A DNA stretch of 64,000 nt from Hypanus sabinus (lineage: Eukaryota), in assembly GCF_030144855.1 (NCBI RefSeq), contig NC_082731.1, forward strand, positions 23,126,001-23,190,000, read 5' to 3'. Within the stretch, counting starts at the first letter, position 1. Each line of letters begins with the position of its first letter. Positions 38,828 through 51,899 of this stretch are shown piece by piece. The position numbers and the translations under genes were made by a program. Below the pieces are notes generated by a model. It did no database searches. It worked only from the letters and a program-made list of their open reading frames with translations, and was not told the origin of the DNA.

Positions 38828-41672
38828 AGAGAAACAGAGAGAATGAGTTTTTGCAATATTGTGGTGAATACCATGAAGGTTCAGCTTCCTCATATATTTC
38901 ACCTGTCAATCTGCCCGGACCCCTGTTTCATCAATCCCGTCCTTCTGTGTACGCAGGGTGGTAGCACGTATATGGGGCCAATTCTGTTCTAGAAGACAGA
39001 AGACCACTCGAAGTGGTGCAGTCTGCAGTCTCCTGTACTCTCCATTCCAGCGAAAATGACAGTCCCTCAGACGTCTGCAAAAATTAAATATTACTTAGAA
39101 CCGACCTCCCCTTCAATGTATCGTGATAATGCTAATGTGAGAGGGGAAATGGACTGGTGAGGCAAGTCCAGGCAGATTTTTGAAATGAGGAGCGAGAAAA
39201 ATGATCATCGTATTAACGGTCATAATAGTATTCTTGTCCCCGATATATCTGCCAATCCATTTTCTATGCAGGCAATTATATTTAGTGTGCCATCTTCTCG
39301 AAAGATCCAGGAAAGTAACGGGAAGAAAAAAAAAATAAAAAGGCAACTTTGGAAAGAACATTTGGAGATGCAAAGTATTCGTTTAGTGGGCTGTCAATGA
39401 AAAGAAAAACAAAACTTTCGGTATATTTAGTAAGTTTGTTTTATTTTTTTTTGTCAATAGTAGCGATACAGTGCGGAGGACGGCCTAACAAGCCATTTGC
39501 CACACTGTCCCTGCAAACACCGACAAAATATGATTATCTCGTGGTGACCAAGAAATAATTTACATTTTCCAGTTAACCAACTCTGTATTCGTTGAATTGC
39601 GAAGTTAACCACTTTCTCTGGGGAACCTCCATGTACTCGACTGTGTGGAGGTACCGAATTTATTCACAACACAACGGCACAAATGAACTGTGAACTCCAA
39701 AAGATCTCAAACTATAGCAAAGCCGTGCTAACCAAAAGCCAACGTGGCGTCCACCTGGAGAGTCTGAAATAAAATTAGTGCAAGAGAGGGAAGAGATTTT
39801 TTTTTTAAGATGAAAACACAGAATCTGACAAGAATAGAAATTTATGTCGAGTATTGTAGGGACGACAAGTCATCTTAATGTCATATCGTTAGGAAAGTTC
39901 CAAAGGAAGAACATCTATAGGGAGATAATGATACTTGGAAATACTGCCGGAGTAGTAGGCTCGAAGGAAGAGAGACAGATATGAGAGTAAGAACGAGAGC
40001 TGATAATACAATTAGCACACGCACAAAGAGAAAGTGTACAGAAGGCAAGATAGGAAGAGAGAGGATAATAATGGAAAAGAAGAAATGACAGACAGCTAAG
40101 TATAAGACAAGCAGCGAAACAAACGAAAAATAAAACGACAGATAGGTGGAGTAACTGGACAGAGGTAATGAGAGAATAACATACTGTTCAGGAGAAGAGA
40201 GAGGGAGAGTGGTGATTGGAGAAACTGACCATCTGTATTGTAAAAAGAGGTAAAATTAACACAACCACACATTCTCAAGGAACCAGAAAGATACAATAGA
40301 TAATTGGGAGATATTGATGGCCAGAGTAAGGCAGAGACCTGGAAGTAGAAAGATAACGAAAGTGAGAGAGAAAGAAAGGGAGTAGAAATAAACAGGGATA
40401 TTGTCGTAGGTAGATATTGAGAGGGGGAGAGAGAGAGTTTGAGCGAGATGCAGATAAAGTGAAGGAGGAAAACCTGTACGCTAAACGGCATTCATTTCTT
40501 CGTGCTCCTTACAGAATACATTGGTTGTGGTGCCCACTGAGACTCTGTAAAAATGAGCAGTCGTTGTACTGTGGAGCTCATGTACTTCTGGGTTGTCGAA
40601 TGTTCTGGTATCTTTCATCAGGGAGGAGCCAGAAGTATACCCGCCGTGATACGATGAGTCAATCAAGTTTCGTCGAAACTAATGTTTGAGAAAGGACAGA
40701 CAAAACAGTAAAATATACAGAAATGAAATTTATTTCAGCATCCTGAGATATGTCAGAAATATTGGCTGCAATATGTTCAACATTCTCCAGAAGAATGACT
40801 GTGCAGTTTTACGCTGAGTTGTAGAACTATTGAAGGATCACATGTAAATATTTCAGCGGGACCTATGTCATATTGTGCCGTATATCTTCACGCTGTTGAG
40901 CTCAATTTATCGTGGCCGGTGCAATCAAAACGCTATCCTGGGTGTTGCTAAGCTCAACTGGCAAGAAAACATCAACAGATAGCGAATGAAGGAATGATAA
41001 GAGGTGAGCACACACACAAAGATACTCAAACACACGCGTGCACAAACACACACACACACGAGCGCAAACTCTTTCCGTCAGACTTACAGATACAGACACC
41101 AATGCGCCAAAAAGAAGCAAAAATGGCAAGAGTGAAAGGATAGAGACCGCGAACCAGAGATATGTATTTACTATTATACGGAGAAAAGCTCCACCATACT
41201 TAACCGCAGTTTCTCAGTGACTTGGTCAATTTAATTTAGCATCGTTTCTATGTAAAATCCTGAGATATGTGTAAAAACATATATTTCAGGAACCGACCGA
41301 CGTCTAAGATTTGCCCGTGTATTTATCGTGCTTTGCTGAAAGTCGGCAAGAGGCTCTCTGTTAGTACTTCCACCGTATATCTCTTTGGCATGCCGATCGA
41401 CTGGACAACGGGAAAAAATGTCATTTATAGAGCTGCAGACTTATGTCGTCAGAGGACTGTCTCAGTCAGCGGGGCGTGACGCTCATTCCTTGAGTTACAT
41501 GGAGCTGTCTCATTTGGGACAATAGGCGGAGCATGTCACATGAGGCTGCTTACGCATTGGGCCCTTTTCACTTTCTGCCCATTATAGTACTTAAGCAGTA
41601 GAAAGAGAAAGTCCTGAATCCTGGTGATATTTTTTTGATGAGGAAGTCATTCAACCCATTCTTCTTTAATAA

Positions 41673-42109
41673 ATGTGGAGATTCGTAATCTGGATCGTGT
41701 GCGGAGCCTGGTTAAATGGTTAACCAGACAATTCAAAAGCTTTCTCGAAACTGAATTCTGGAAAAAAAAAATAATCGTCAATATAACATTTCAAGTTTTG
41801 ACATTTTGTTTTAGATACGACTCATGGAAACTCTGTCACTCAGACAATGCCACCACAAATGAAGACAGAAGGAGAGACTGTGACTTTCAGCTGCACCTAT
41901 GATACTACATGGGGTGCCTATACCTTATATTTGTACCGACAAAGGCCAGAGCAAAGTCTCGAGTGCATACTGTACACAGATACTGTTGGAAGCGGATTTG
42001 CCAGAAGACGCTTCAAATCTTCTCTGGACGAGGGAAAGAAATTATTCAGTGTCACGATCTCAAAGCTGCAAATGGGCGACTCTGCAGTTTATTACTGTGC
42101 GCTGAGGCG
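41673..42109 (+). CDS. TCR alpha/delta-type V gene segment (leader exon 41673-41718, intron 41719-41814, V exon 41815-42109); open frame but probably non-functional
   Basis: MWRFVIWIVCGAWLN|DTTHGNSVTQTMPPQMKTEGETVTFSCTYDTTWGAYTLYLYRQRPEQSLECILYTDTVGSGFARRRFKSSLDEGKKLFSVTISKLQMGDSAVYYCALR; phase-1 GT-AG intron of 96 nt; both conserved Cys present; conserved FR2 Trp is TTG (Leu). Confidence 0.93.
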
Positions 42110-42148
42110 CGCAGTGATGGATTGTAGTTAAATTTTCGTACAGAAATT
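42110..42148 (+). other. 23-RSS with mutated heptamer
   Basis: CGCAGTG - atggattgtagttaaattttcgt (23) - ACAGAAATT. Confidence 0.85.
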
Positions 42149-43679
42149 CAGTTACTGTAGAATCCATTCTTTGATCGCTGCAGCTTAATAAAATTGTATA
42201 ATCCTTTACTCATTGTGGTTTCACGCAACTAAGAGTGCGTGTTGAAGTTTCAATCGCATTCGTCTGAGAACACTCAGCAATGGTGTAACCGCATCTCTCT
42301 TTCCAATGACGCAAATATATCTAGAGCCTGTGCCATCTCAATTAATTTGTGAAATATATGTTAACACGTCAAACGAATTATGAGCGGTAAAAGACCGCCA
42401 TCATTATCACTCGTGTGTGTGTGTGTGTGTGTTCTGTCGTTCAAAATAATGGTTGCTGTCCAGTGTACCAATGAAAATAATGGCGACTGGAGTCAATGGT
42501 ATCTGGCTGTTATTGTTTAGTAATTTAGATAAAAGATTTTTAGCTATTTGTTACTGGGATGATGAATAATTGTCCGGAATCTGAATAACTGAAGTTCTGA
42601 AGAAGTCCGCAAAGACATTAATGAGCAGATGTGCACACACTCTGACTATATGACCAGAGATGTGTTCTTGCCAGGACTCATAACTGAGAAAGAGTGATAT
42701 CTGTTAGATTCCTTCTGATGTCTTCTGATTCTACAGAAGTGAATACAGCGCTGTGGGCTTTTAATGAGGAGCGTACATTTATGATCACCTACATAGATTA
42801 GCGTGATAAGGAAGTCGGCAGAAGAAATGGGTGCCTGAATTGTGGAATGGATTTGGAGTAAACGGAATCTGAGCAAAATACGGGAACTTGGAGAAATCCA
42901 TGTTCATGCCATTATGATAGTCGATACCCTAACCGAATGTAGGATGTGTCTCAGGATAGCAGAACAAGATAACATGGACGCCATGTTGGAATGGGTTTAG
43001 TAATTAAAGTAAAACGTATGGGATGCATTGAAATCCTTCCCGCTGCAGACCGAGCGAATTCGTAAGATAACATTGACCCACAACCTACGTTGAGTCTCTC
43101 CGATATTGTGCACACAGTATTATGAACACTGCATATAGTGAATAAGGCATGAATGTTAAAGAACAAAGTAGGAAATTTACACCATTTTAGCCCACTGAGG
43201 ATGGTTCGCTAATTCATAATAGCTGATTTATTTATCTTATCGTTCCCAACCACGGTTCTTCTCCCCGTATACCCTTTACACTAACTAATCGAAATCCATC
43301 AACCTCTGTCTTAAATATAGGTACAGGTTTGGCCTAAGTAGATATGTGTGGCAAAGAATTACACATGTTCCCAATTCTTCGGCGAAAAAAAAAGAATAAA
43401 CAAAAAAAAAAAAAATCCTCATCTCCTTTAAAAAGGACACCCATGTATTTGAGCCTGCTTCTCATTTCAACATACTCAGAATAATCTCATTTCATTACCA
43501 GTCCCTGCCTCCTGAATCCAAATTCTGAATCCAAATAGCCAAGTTTCACTCTTTGCAGTTCATTGCAGATGAGGATACATTTGTGAACGTTTTTTTAAGA
43601 GTATCCATGCACATCAATACTCCTAATGCATTGAAAAACAGTTCACATTGAAAAACTGAAACAATTTGCTGTTACATAT

Positions 43680-44680
43680 CCACGGTTTGGACACGGGAGA
43701 CTGGAATGATGGAATGGTCTTGTGAGTGGGATGATGCAATTGTCTATTGACCTTAGGGGGTGGTGGGGATGTGATGTCACGTGATCATAGATTCCAAACC
43801 GTATTTAAACCAACCCGCGGTTTGTGACGCAGTTCTCATTTTTATTTTGACGCAACATTGTTATTACTGGACGGAGGTGTGAGGCTCCATCGGTTTTGTC
43901 TATTACACGTTCATTTTTCCCTTGCAGTCCAGTATCAGAGAGAGAAGGCATTTTCGGAGTTATCCCAGTTCAAAGAACTGCATACAGTTCATGTCTTTCA
44001 GCGGTTTGGTCAATGGTAGACCATGGACTTCGTTCAGAAATTGTGGCATGCACATTTGAGTTGAGCCTCTGCAACGTCAGAAAGGTTTGATTAGTGACAA
44101 TCCTCCAGTCAAAAGATCGATACTTCGAATGAATTGTTTTATTTTAGGGGAAGTCACTTTTTACTGACCATATCAATGACACGGTCTTCTGAATTTATCA
44201 CCTTTTGTCTGTGCGTGGATGAAACCTCGTGAAGAACAGTTTCTAAGTTCGAATGCTTTTGCCACCAAACAGATACCTTTCGGTTAAGTTAGTCGTTTGT
44301 TTAAGTTTTGAAGAACGAGCAGAGCTTAGTAAGTCTCGGGATTCATTTTAAACACTGTCTCAGTTTCACATTCATTGCTGCTGCATTTCGAAACATTGCG
44401 CCTGAATTTGTTTGAATTTCCAAAAGTCCACACACCAGCATTTCTCAGCTGAACCCATCCAGTCTCTCCTGTTACGGCAGAATTTGAAAAACTTTGTAAA
44501 TCTCTCATGCACCCTTTCCACCCAACTGCCGGCACTACGGCGACTGGAACTTTAGGAATTGCTGTTGGTGCCGTCGCGCTGTTATAACAGCAGAACCATA
44601 TCTTGATCTCAGTATCGAATTCGCAGCTGGTAAGCAAGTCATTCTTTTCAGTCCATTTACACATCCAAGAAAACATGAAT
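43680..44680 (+). mobile_element. Possible LTR-derived sequence
   Basis: Promoter-like gtgatgtcacgtga and tatttaaa, no ORF; family assignment uncertain, termini and TSD not identified. Confidence 0.3.
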
Positions 44681-45510
44681 TTTTCCCCAAATGCCGATGC
44701 TCTATGAGTTCAACCTACCATGTATTGAGTAATTCGTAGCCTGGGATATCTTATTGAAATGCATCACATCCCACTTACCTATATTGCAATCGAAATGTGC
44801 ATCTTGTTTGCCAAGCAAAAGCAGGGAACTGTCGATTTCGGAATAGCCAATAGGAGTGAACTGTCAACAGTTTCCAACATGCTACATTTAATTTTCCTTG
44901 ATGACTTGCCCTATTAAGAACCTATTCTGTATTTATATGCGGCGCATCGAGGTTGATATTGTGCGCTTTCTTAGTAGAATATAGTTTACTGTTATATCGT
45001 CTCGACTTTTTCTTCTATTGATATGTAGAAGCAGTAAGAGGGTATTTGACCATTCGAGTGTGCTGCCTCATTTCATAACGGCAGATTCAAATTTCCTCTA
45101 ACCCCCAGTTTTCTGTCTGCTGCCCATCTCCCCCCAATCCTGACAAATCTATTACATATATTTGTTTGCATTCAATACGCATAACGTTTTCCTCCCCACA
45201 CCTGCGTATGGCTATTATTCGCAGAGAGTCATCGCTCTCAGCTGAATGAAATTCCTCCTCATGCTTATTTTTGTAAAAGGACACCGTTCATTCTGAGGTG
45301 GCGGCTTCTGGTCTTAGATTCTTTCACTCATCAAGGGAAGATGAATGAATGAATTAATGAATGACATTTTATTTCGGTCAATACAAACAAACAAAAAAGT
45401 ATCAATTTTAACGATTATTTCATAGCGATAATTTCATAAGACAACATTAAATAAATCTTTAAAATAGACTAAAAATTTGCAGACTGTATTGTGCCTACCT
45501 CTCATACTTA

Positions 45511-45590
45511 TCAGGGGTGATTTATAAGTTTGTGGCCTAATGTAGAAGAAGAAAATTTTAGAAAACCTAGCATATTTATTTTTCAACATT
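45511..45590 (+). mobile_element. Tc1/mariner-like terminal fragment
   Basis: tcaggggtgatttataagtttgtggcct...tttagaaaacctagcatatttatttttcaaca resembles mariner-type MITE ends; no partner TIR found. Confidence 0.4.
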
Positions 45591-46490
45591 CAGATTCAGA
45601 TTCAGTTTATTGTCTTTTAGAAACCACTAATGCAATGCAGTTAAAAAATGAGACAAAGCTGCCCCAGAATGATATCACAGACGCATATGACAAAACAGTC
45701 TGCACCAGAAAAACCGCATAACGTTTGGCAATCCCCAATACAGAGTCCCAAGAGGCTGCTGCGTATTAATTTCGCGCTACCTTCTAGCGCGTTCCCTTGA
45801 AGGGAGCTCCAAATCCAACAGACAAACAAGACAAAAAACTAAAGCTACAAGACCTGCAAAAAACCACATAATTACAACATATAGTTACAACAGTGCATCA
45901 ATAGCATAACTGATAAAAAAACAGTCTATGGGCAGAATAAAAATAGTCCAGGATGTTAAAGAACTGTAATTTCAGAAGAAATCACCACAGTTTCCACAAG
46001 TCCCTAGTGTCCCGACAGACTCGCCATCCCACGCCGGAGGCAGACGGGACTACCTCCGCTATGGACTTCCAAGGCGCCGCCCGATTCAGCGCCGCAGACG
46101 CAGCACACAATGGAAGTTCTGTCGAAACCAGACTCGCAGACGCAGCACACACTGAAAGCGACCTGAGTCTGTCGAACCTCCGAGACGACGACCATCCCCT
46201 CCGGAACAGCTTCTCCGAGCACCATTCTCTGCCGAGGGTATTAAGGCGGTCCCGCTAACAGCCATCGGCAGCGCGATCCCGAGGACTGGGGGCCTGTTCT
46301 TCCCAGCAGAATCCCGGACCTCACAGCAGCAGGTGCAACGAAGAATTTCTTTCTGGAATATCCCAATGTTTCTCCGTGCTTCTACTTCAGTGTTCAATCA
46401 GTTATGTTTGCGCACGGCACCCACTTCACAAATAACAGATAAACAGTTCCGGAGTGGCCGCTGCACGCTGCGTCGCGCCGCCATATTGGA
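45590..46490 (-). mobile_element. Non-autonomous LINE-derived repeat with a (CTGAAT)n tail
   Basis: ttcagattcagattcagtttattgtc tail at 45590 and GC-rich 5' end atatggcggcgcgacgcagc. Confidence 0.55.
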
Positions 46491-47539
46491 TCAACAGAGT
46501 CCCCTTCTAACGAAATCCAGATCCAAGTATAATTTATCAGCATTACTCCCAGTCATTTTAAATCGATTATTTTATATTTTTTTTTCATGAAATTAGTCTT
46601 AAATAATTTGTTTATTTGTTAAGAGTGGTATATATTTTGTTAAATTCCTAATACAACTGTTCCATACAGTCACCACTTGACTAAAATACAAAGATTTTTT
46701 TTAACATTTGTTCTTATCAAATAATTTTGAAATATATATATATATATATATATATCTTCCTCTCAAATGATGCTAAATTTCTTTCAATTTAAACAATCTT
46801 TGGAAACTTTGTGTTAACTGACCTTTTTCTTTGTATAATTTGTATTATCCTAAAATCTACGAAATCTCTGAATTTTTCTGAACTTGTCTTATGTACAGAT
46901 CGTATGGATTTATGTTGGAGTAAAAAATGAGTTTGTATGTGCTTTGAATGTATTTCCCCATACCTCTACACAATAAGTCATGTAAAGGACTAAGGGAACA
47001 GAATATAGATTTCAGCCCATACTTTGCTCTCTAAGGTACGGGGCCTAAAGCTGCTCATATTACTCCAATTGAGGCTTCAGCAATGCTTTATAAATTCTCA
47101 GCATAACATCATTTTTTTATATACTAGACCTATCGATTTGAATGCTAACATCGCACTTGACTTCTTCAACGCAGAATCAACCTGCATATTATACTTCGGG
47201 AACCGTGCACAGACAATCCCTATTTTCCTTGTCTGACTCTTTGAATTATTTTGTCTACCCAATGAGTAAATTTTCAAAACTTTCATTTCCCATACGATTC
47301 CCCAAACAGTATTCCATTTGCCCCTTTTTGCGCTTTCTACTAACCTGGCTAAGTCCATCCGTAGCCTACCTACCTTCTGAAACTCTATTGTCACGCTAAC
47401 AACCTTTGTATCCAGTAAAGGCAATAATTCCATAATCCATGTGATTAACAGTTAACATATAAACAATCGGTCACAACAATCCCATGTATAACGTGACCGG
47501 TCACTAGCAGTCAACCAGAAAATGCTCCCGTTACTTTCA

Positions 47540-48900
47540 TTTTTTGAAGTATCGGAGAATTGAGTTTAAGTCACTTCATCGTGATCCTAGACATTCTGGA
47601 GTTGAAAAGACCTATGGATTTCTCAGAGAACGGTTTTATTGGCCCCGAATTCTCCGGAGGTCAAGGAATACTACAAATCTTCCACTGGATGCACTAAGGG
47701 GAAGCCGCTGCCAACGAGGTCCACGACAATGTCCACATTATAGAATGCGGGGTCCATTGACCAAGTGGGGTCAACGTATTTAACATCTGGTCCACAGCTA
47801 CAACTGCAAACGAAATGAAGATACCAGGCACTTGCCACAATATCTGATGTTCGGGCACGAGGCGAGGTTGTCCATCGACCTTTGATTTAGGGCCGGCGAG
47901 GAAGACCTACTACCGAAGATTTATTTTAAGTATGTTTCCATTATGTGAAGGGAGCTTAAAAGAGCTCATGAACGAGCTGAGATCGTAGACGCAAAACAGA
48001 AATAAGGAAATAAGAGATGGCTTGATCGAAAGTTTAATTACTCCCAAGTCAAGCCGGTAGACCAAGTCCTCTGAGGAAATTTGGGGCTACGTCGGAAGCA
48101 TATGTTGGCTAAACGGTGGGTGGCTTCGTCCTATGAAGTGAAGAATAAAATGCCAGAGATATTAATTTTCCTGTTGAAACCAAGATGGAAATGGGTCTGT
48201 CACGATTCTCGGTCGGAACCACCTTCGGCCTTTGGGACAAGAGGAGCGGGTTGGCCCAAAATGGAGTTTACAACTAGTTAGTGGATTGTGCGGCGGCGCG
48301 GGTGTCTGATTGAGCAAAAGCATGAGAGGTTAGACCGTCACACCCCCGAATCGGATACTAATTGAGAGAATGAGTAAATGGGCGTGTGTTATATTCTGCC
48401 TTTTGCTAATTCCCCACTGATTAAGGAAGAGATTCCCGATCATTCTCACGGTGTCAATTGGATTCGGGGTGGAGGGCGTGGTTGATGGGTGCTATCTGAG
48501 GACAGCCGGACTCCGCCGGACACTGCACGGGTTGGAGCGGGGCTCCGCCAAGCGTTCCGAGTTTCCGGAGGACTCGAGTTTGCGGCTTTGCATGTAGGAT
48601 TGGCAATTTATCACAATTCCATGAGGACTTCACTAAATTTGGTGGAGCAGATTTGAAAACCCTCGGAAGGGTGTCACTGCTTATATTTACTCATAATTTA
48701 AACCATATGAATGTCGGCATTTTCAAGAGGGCGAGCAGCAACAGTTTCCTGGGACGAAGGTACTGAGAAGGTTGGCACACCGACATTGAATTGTTCTTAC
48801 TAGAAATGCAGCTTCCGGGTTGCATCGTGGCTGAGAGGTGCTCTTAGTTCTCACTTTCAGCACCCTCCGCTGGCGAATGTTGAATGTGTACGTCTGCACC
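47540..48900 (+). mobile_element. Gypsy integrase relic with internal deletion
   Basis: KSLHRDPRHSGVEKTYGFLRERFYWP (integrase zinc-binding region); later LAKRWVASSYEV. Confidence 0.75.
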
Positions 48901-49791
48901 TGGCAGAATTCAGCGTCACCAGCAGCAAGCCTCCAAAAATGCCTCCTTTCTAGTTACACAAAAAAACTGATCTCCCTTCGGATTGCGACTTCGTAACAGA
49001 GGACGGAGAGGAGATCTGCCCCGTGAACACCTATCAGGTAGGATGACAGGCGTCTGGTCAAGTACAGGTGCTGGTGAACTAAATTGTTCAACGAAATTGC
49101 TTTGCTGTTCTTTGAAGGAAGAGCGCTATCACAGAGACCAAGTGGCTTCGCATAATTGGATGCATGGTATGGCCAGACGGTACGGGGAGTTGCTGTAGCT
49201 CAGCGACTCGCAAGGAGAGTGGAAATTTTGCTGTGATTGGTCAAGCAAGCTGTGACTACATTTCTGACAATTGGGGCTACTGCCTGGATCAGTGCTGAAG
49301 AACCGTTGTTGATGTATGCTGGATATAAATATTGACCTATACGCACGTCTAGATGGGTTTCGGGTGAGATTCCTTTTGAATTTGAGTAAACTGTCGAGAC
49401 GTAATGAAGTAACAGCTGAAAGAATTGTTTATCAAGGAATACTGCCGAATGTTTGTTGTACAGGGTGGCTTTGAGAAGTCTCATTTGTTGGTAGATGATT
49501 ATTCGAATGCTATTTTTACGACTTTCTGCAAGTCAGTGATTAACGAGCTTATTTTTAGTCAGTATATTATGAATAACACGAAAAACGCATGAACTTCCCT
49601 GTAAAAATCAATATGCTGAAAATGAATGGGATATTTAAAAAAAAATCATGGTAAGTGCAAAGGGGACGAGGCAGAATTGTAAAATCAGAAATGCACAAGG
49701 AAAATCAAATTAAGACATCCCCATTCTCTCTCGCCAACAGCATGTACGTGTGTATATTTGCACTTTAACTTCTTCCAACTGTCTCCTTCTA

Positions 49792-49855
<64 letters not shown>
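49792..49855 (+). repeat. Compound (CT)n(CA)n microsatellite
   Basis: Direct reading. Confidence 0.98.
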
Positions 49856-49857
<2 letters not shown>

Positions 49858-50256
49858 ATACTGTCTCTCTCTCTCACTCTCTTTCCCACTGTCTAGCCTT
49901 TTTCCCCCACTGTCTCTTTTTTTTCTGTCCGTCTAATGTTCCATCTATGTTTCGATCTACCGAACTGTCTGTTTTTTTATCTTGTTTCCTTCATTTTTTC
50001 TTGTTTTCTTCGATTTACCAAGCCTGTTTCTTTCTGCAGTTTAGTTTTTATCCAAGCTGGTAGTTTCTATCTCAATGATGTTGTTCATTTGCTGTGTTTA
50101 ACTACCTTCCTGGAATGGCAATTAAAGCATGCTTCCCCTCATGATCATCTTGGGGTAGTATGGATCTGAACTGCTGCAACAATTCCAAAATTCGGTTTAA
50201 TCGTCCATACCTGTGCGATCGCAGGCATTTCAACATCGGTTGACTGTGACACTGTG

Positions 50257-50578
50257 AATAATACTTGCAAACAGGATACCGAAGAATGCATGTGTCCGGG
50301 CGCAAGGTTTAACAAAAATGTGGGCATATCGCAGCTGATCAGTTTCTTATTTATCTACCTTCGAGTTATTATCTTGATTGTAATCTCGTTGTAACTCCAT
50401 TCGGTGCAATTTGCTTTCTGTCGCCATCATGCTCCCCGTCAATCGACGGTTGAGTTCCGGGACACTGCTGGTGTTATCTGCAAAGCTGAAAACGGATTCA
50501 AAGCTGACGAAGTCCAGGAAAAATAGAAAAAGGTTCGAGAACGCAGTACTATTGGCAATCGATGGTGATGATGAGCAT
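50257..50578 (-). pseudogene. Decayed leader-intron-V relic ending at a perfect heptamer
   Basis: Leader-like MLIITIDCQ*YCVLE; acceptor ctttgcAG; aat tgc acc (NCT); VDK*ET.QL; LRPDT.I...C; CACAGTG at 50250-56 with no nonamer. Confidence 0.45.
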
Positions 50579-50728
50579 TAGGTTCTGCAGTTTAATACCT
50601 AATTATGTCCGTCCTCATGTCAGTTGCTGGGAGGGAAGCTGCCCGACATTGAAGGTTAAATCTAGGAGCTGATAGAGGAATCTGTTCAGATTTATGACTT
50701 TAAAGTTCAAGCAATCGTCAGCAGTCTA

Positions 50729-51060
50729 ATGTCTGAGGAATTGTTATCCACCTTTTCCAAGGATGAGTGTATGCCAATATGACGCCATGTGCCGTAGTTC
50801 CGTTTCAACAGTGGAAAACTGCGTTGACTCCTGGCTGTACTGAAGCTACCACTTTGTCTATTAATTCACGAAGGTTGACGTCAGAAGCACCATAACTTGT
50901 TTATCTTGATGCGACTGGTCTTCCTGGCACAGAAGGACTTCTTATATTCGACTACGAAGTTTATTACGATTCGTCACATTCAGATCCCACACACGTTGGT
51001 CTGTACATTTGCTGAATAATCGGCTGGGGATTTCATATTTACTATTTTTGCGACTTCCAT
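50729..51060 (+). pseudogene. Decayed TCR-type V relic
   Basis: Leader-like end AAG G|ATGAGT (GT lost); acceptor tttcaacAG at 50810-11; tgt tta tct tga tgc (YLFWY-like); LPG..LLI; RF...SVHLLNNRLG(D)(S).IYY.C. Confidence 0.55.
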
Positions 51061-51899
51061 TGGAGAAAGATCGGAACGTAAAGACAAGCCATATGCGAAA
51101 AATCCCGCTTGCAATCTATCACGTACAAACGGGTCTCACAAGGGAATTTGGGTGCCTCTCCCTTGAGGTTTTCGTCTGCACAAAACACCTTGTGAAGCAA
51201 GGATGGGATCCACAGCCATCATTCGTCCTGTCCTCTGCCAGCTTCCGACAAATATGACATCCACACCCACTAGAGCCCCTCAGAAACATCTCTTTATCGT
51301 GTTCTGCAGAACCTTCTCCCAATTACACCATCTTGGTTGGGTGACACTACGTTCCTAAGTTGAACAACAAAGCTTACTATCTTCAGTTCAAATCCAAAAT
51401 GAAATACCTACGAGACGGAAGTAAAAATCTTAACCAGGGTGTTACACACTTCAGAACATAGTCATGTCCTCGTGACTTTGAAACCTATTAAATCATTTAC
51501 TAACACAGTATTTAAAGAAATTTGTGATATCCGGACATCCAATGCATTTGTGAACGGTTGTGACATACCTCACAAGGATAGACCCAACACTCTACTCCCG
51601 CACTGCGTCATATGCCAGACTATTCAGGGACCTCTGGATTCGTCGAGCCCTCTGTATTCCAATCCCTGATCCTACACTTTCAAATTACCTTTCGGTCTCG
51701 TCTACAAGTGGACGCCTTTCCCAGACGTTCATTCATGTCTTCCGGCGGCTCAGTTTCCTCTGTACCGTGACCGAATTTGTATTCGGTCAGTTTCAGCCGG
51801 CTTTGCCAACATCCAAATCAACATTGGTCCTACCCGACGAGACATCTCTTGGTGGCTGCTGTAGTGTGTCAAGTACTCCTGGATTAACTACCATCAGAC

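Larger units (their letters stand above)
39180..42430 (+). repeat. V duplication unit, copy B
   Basis: Paralogous to 3130-5485 (direct) and 15200-18040 (inverted). Confidence 0.9.

Noticed and set aside
42720-42900. V-like end (VGDHKCTLL + CACAGCG) on the minus strand
   Set aside because: The segment is colinear with the repeat at about 10700-11100, so it is TE-derived mimicry
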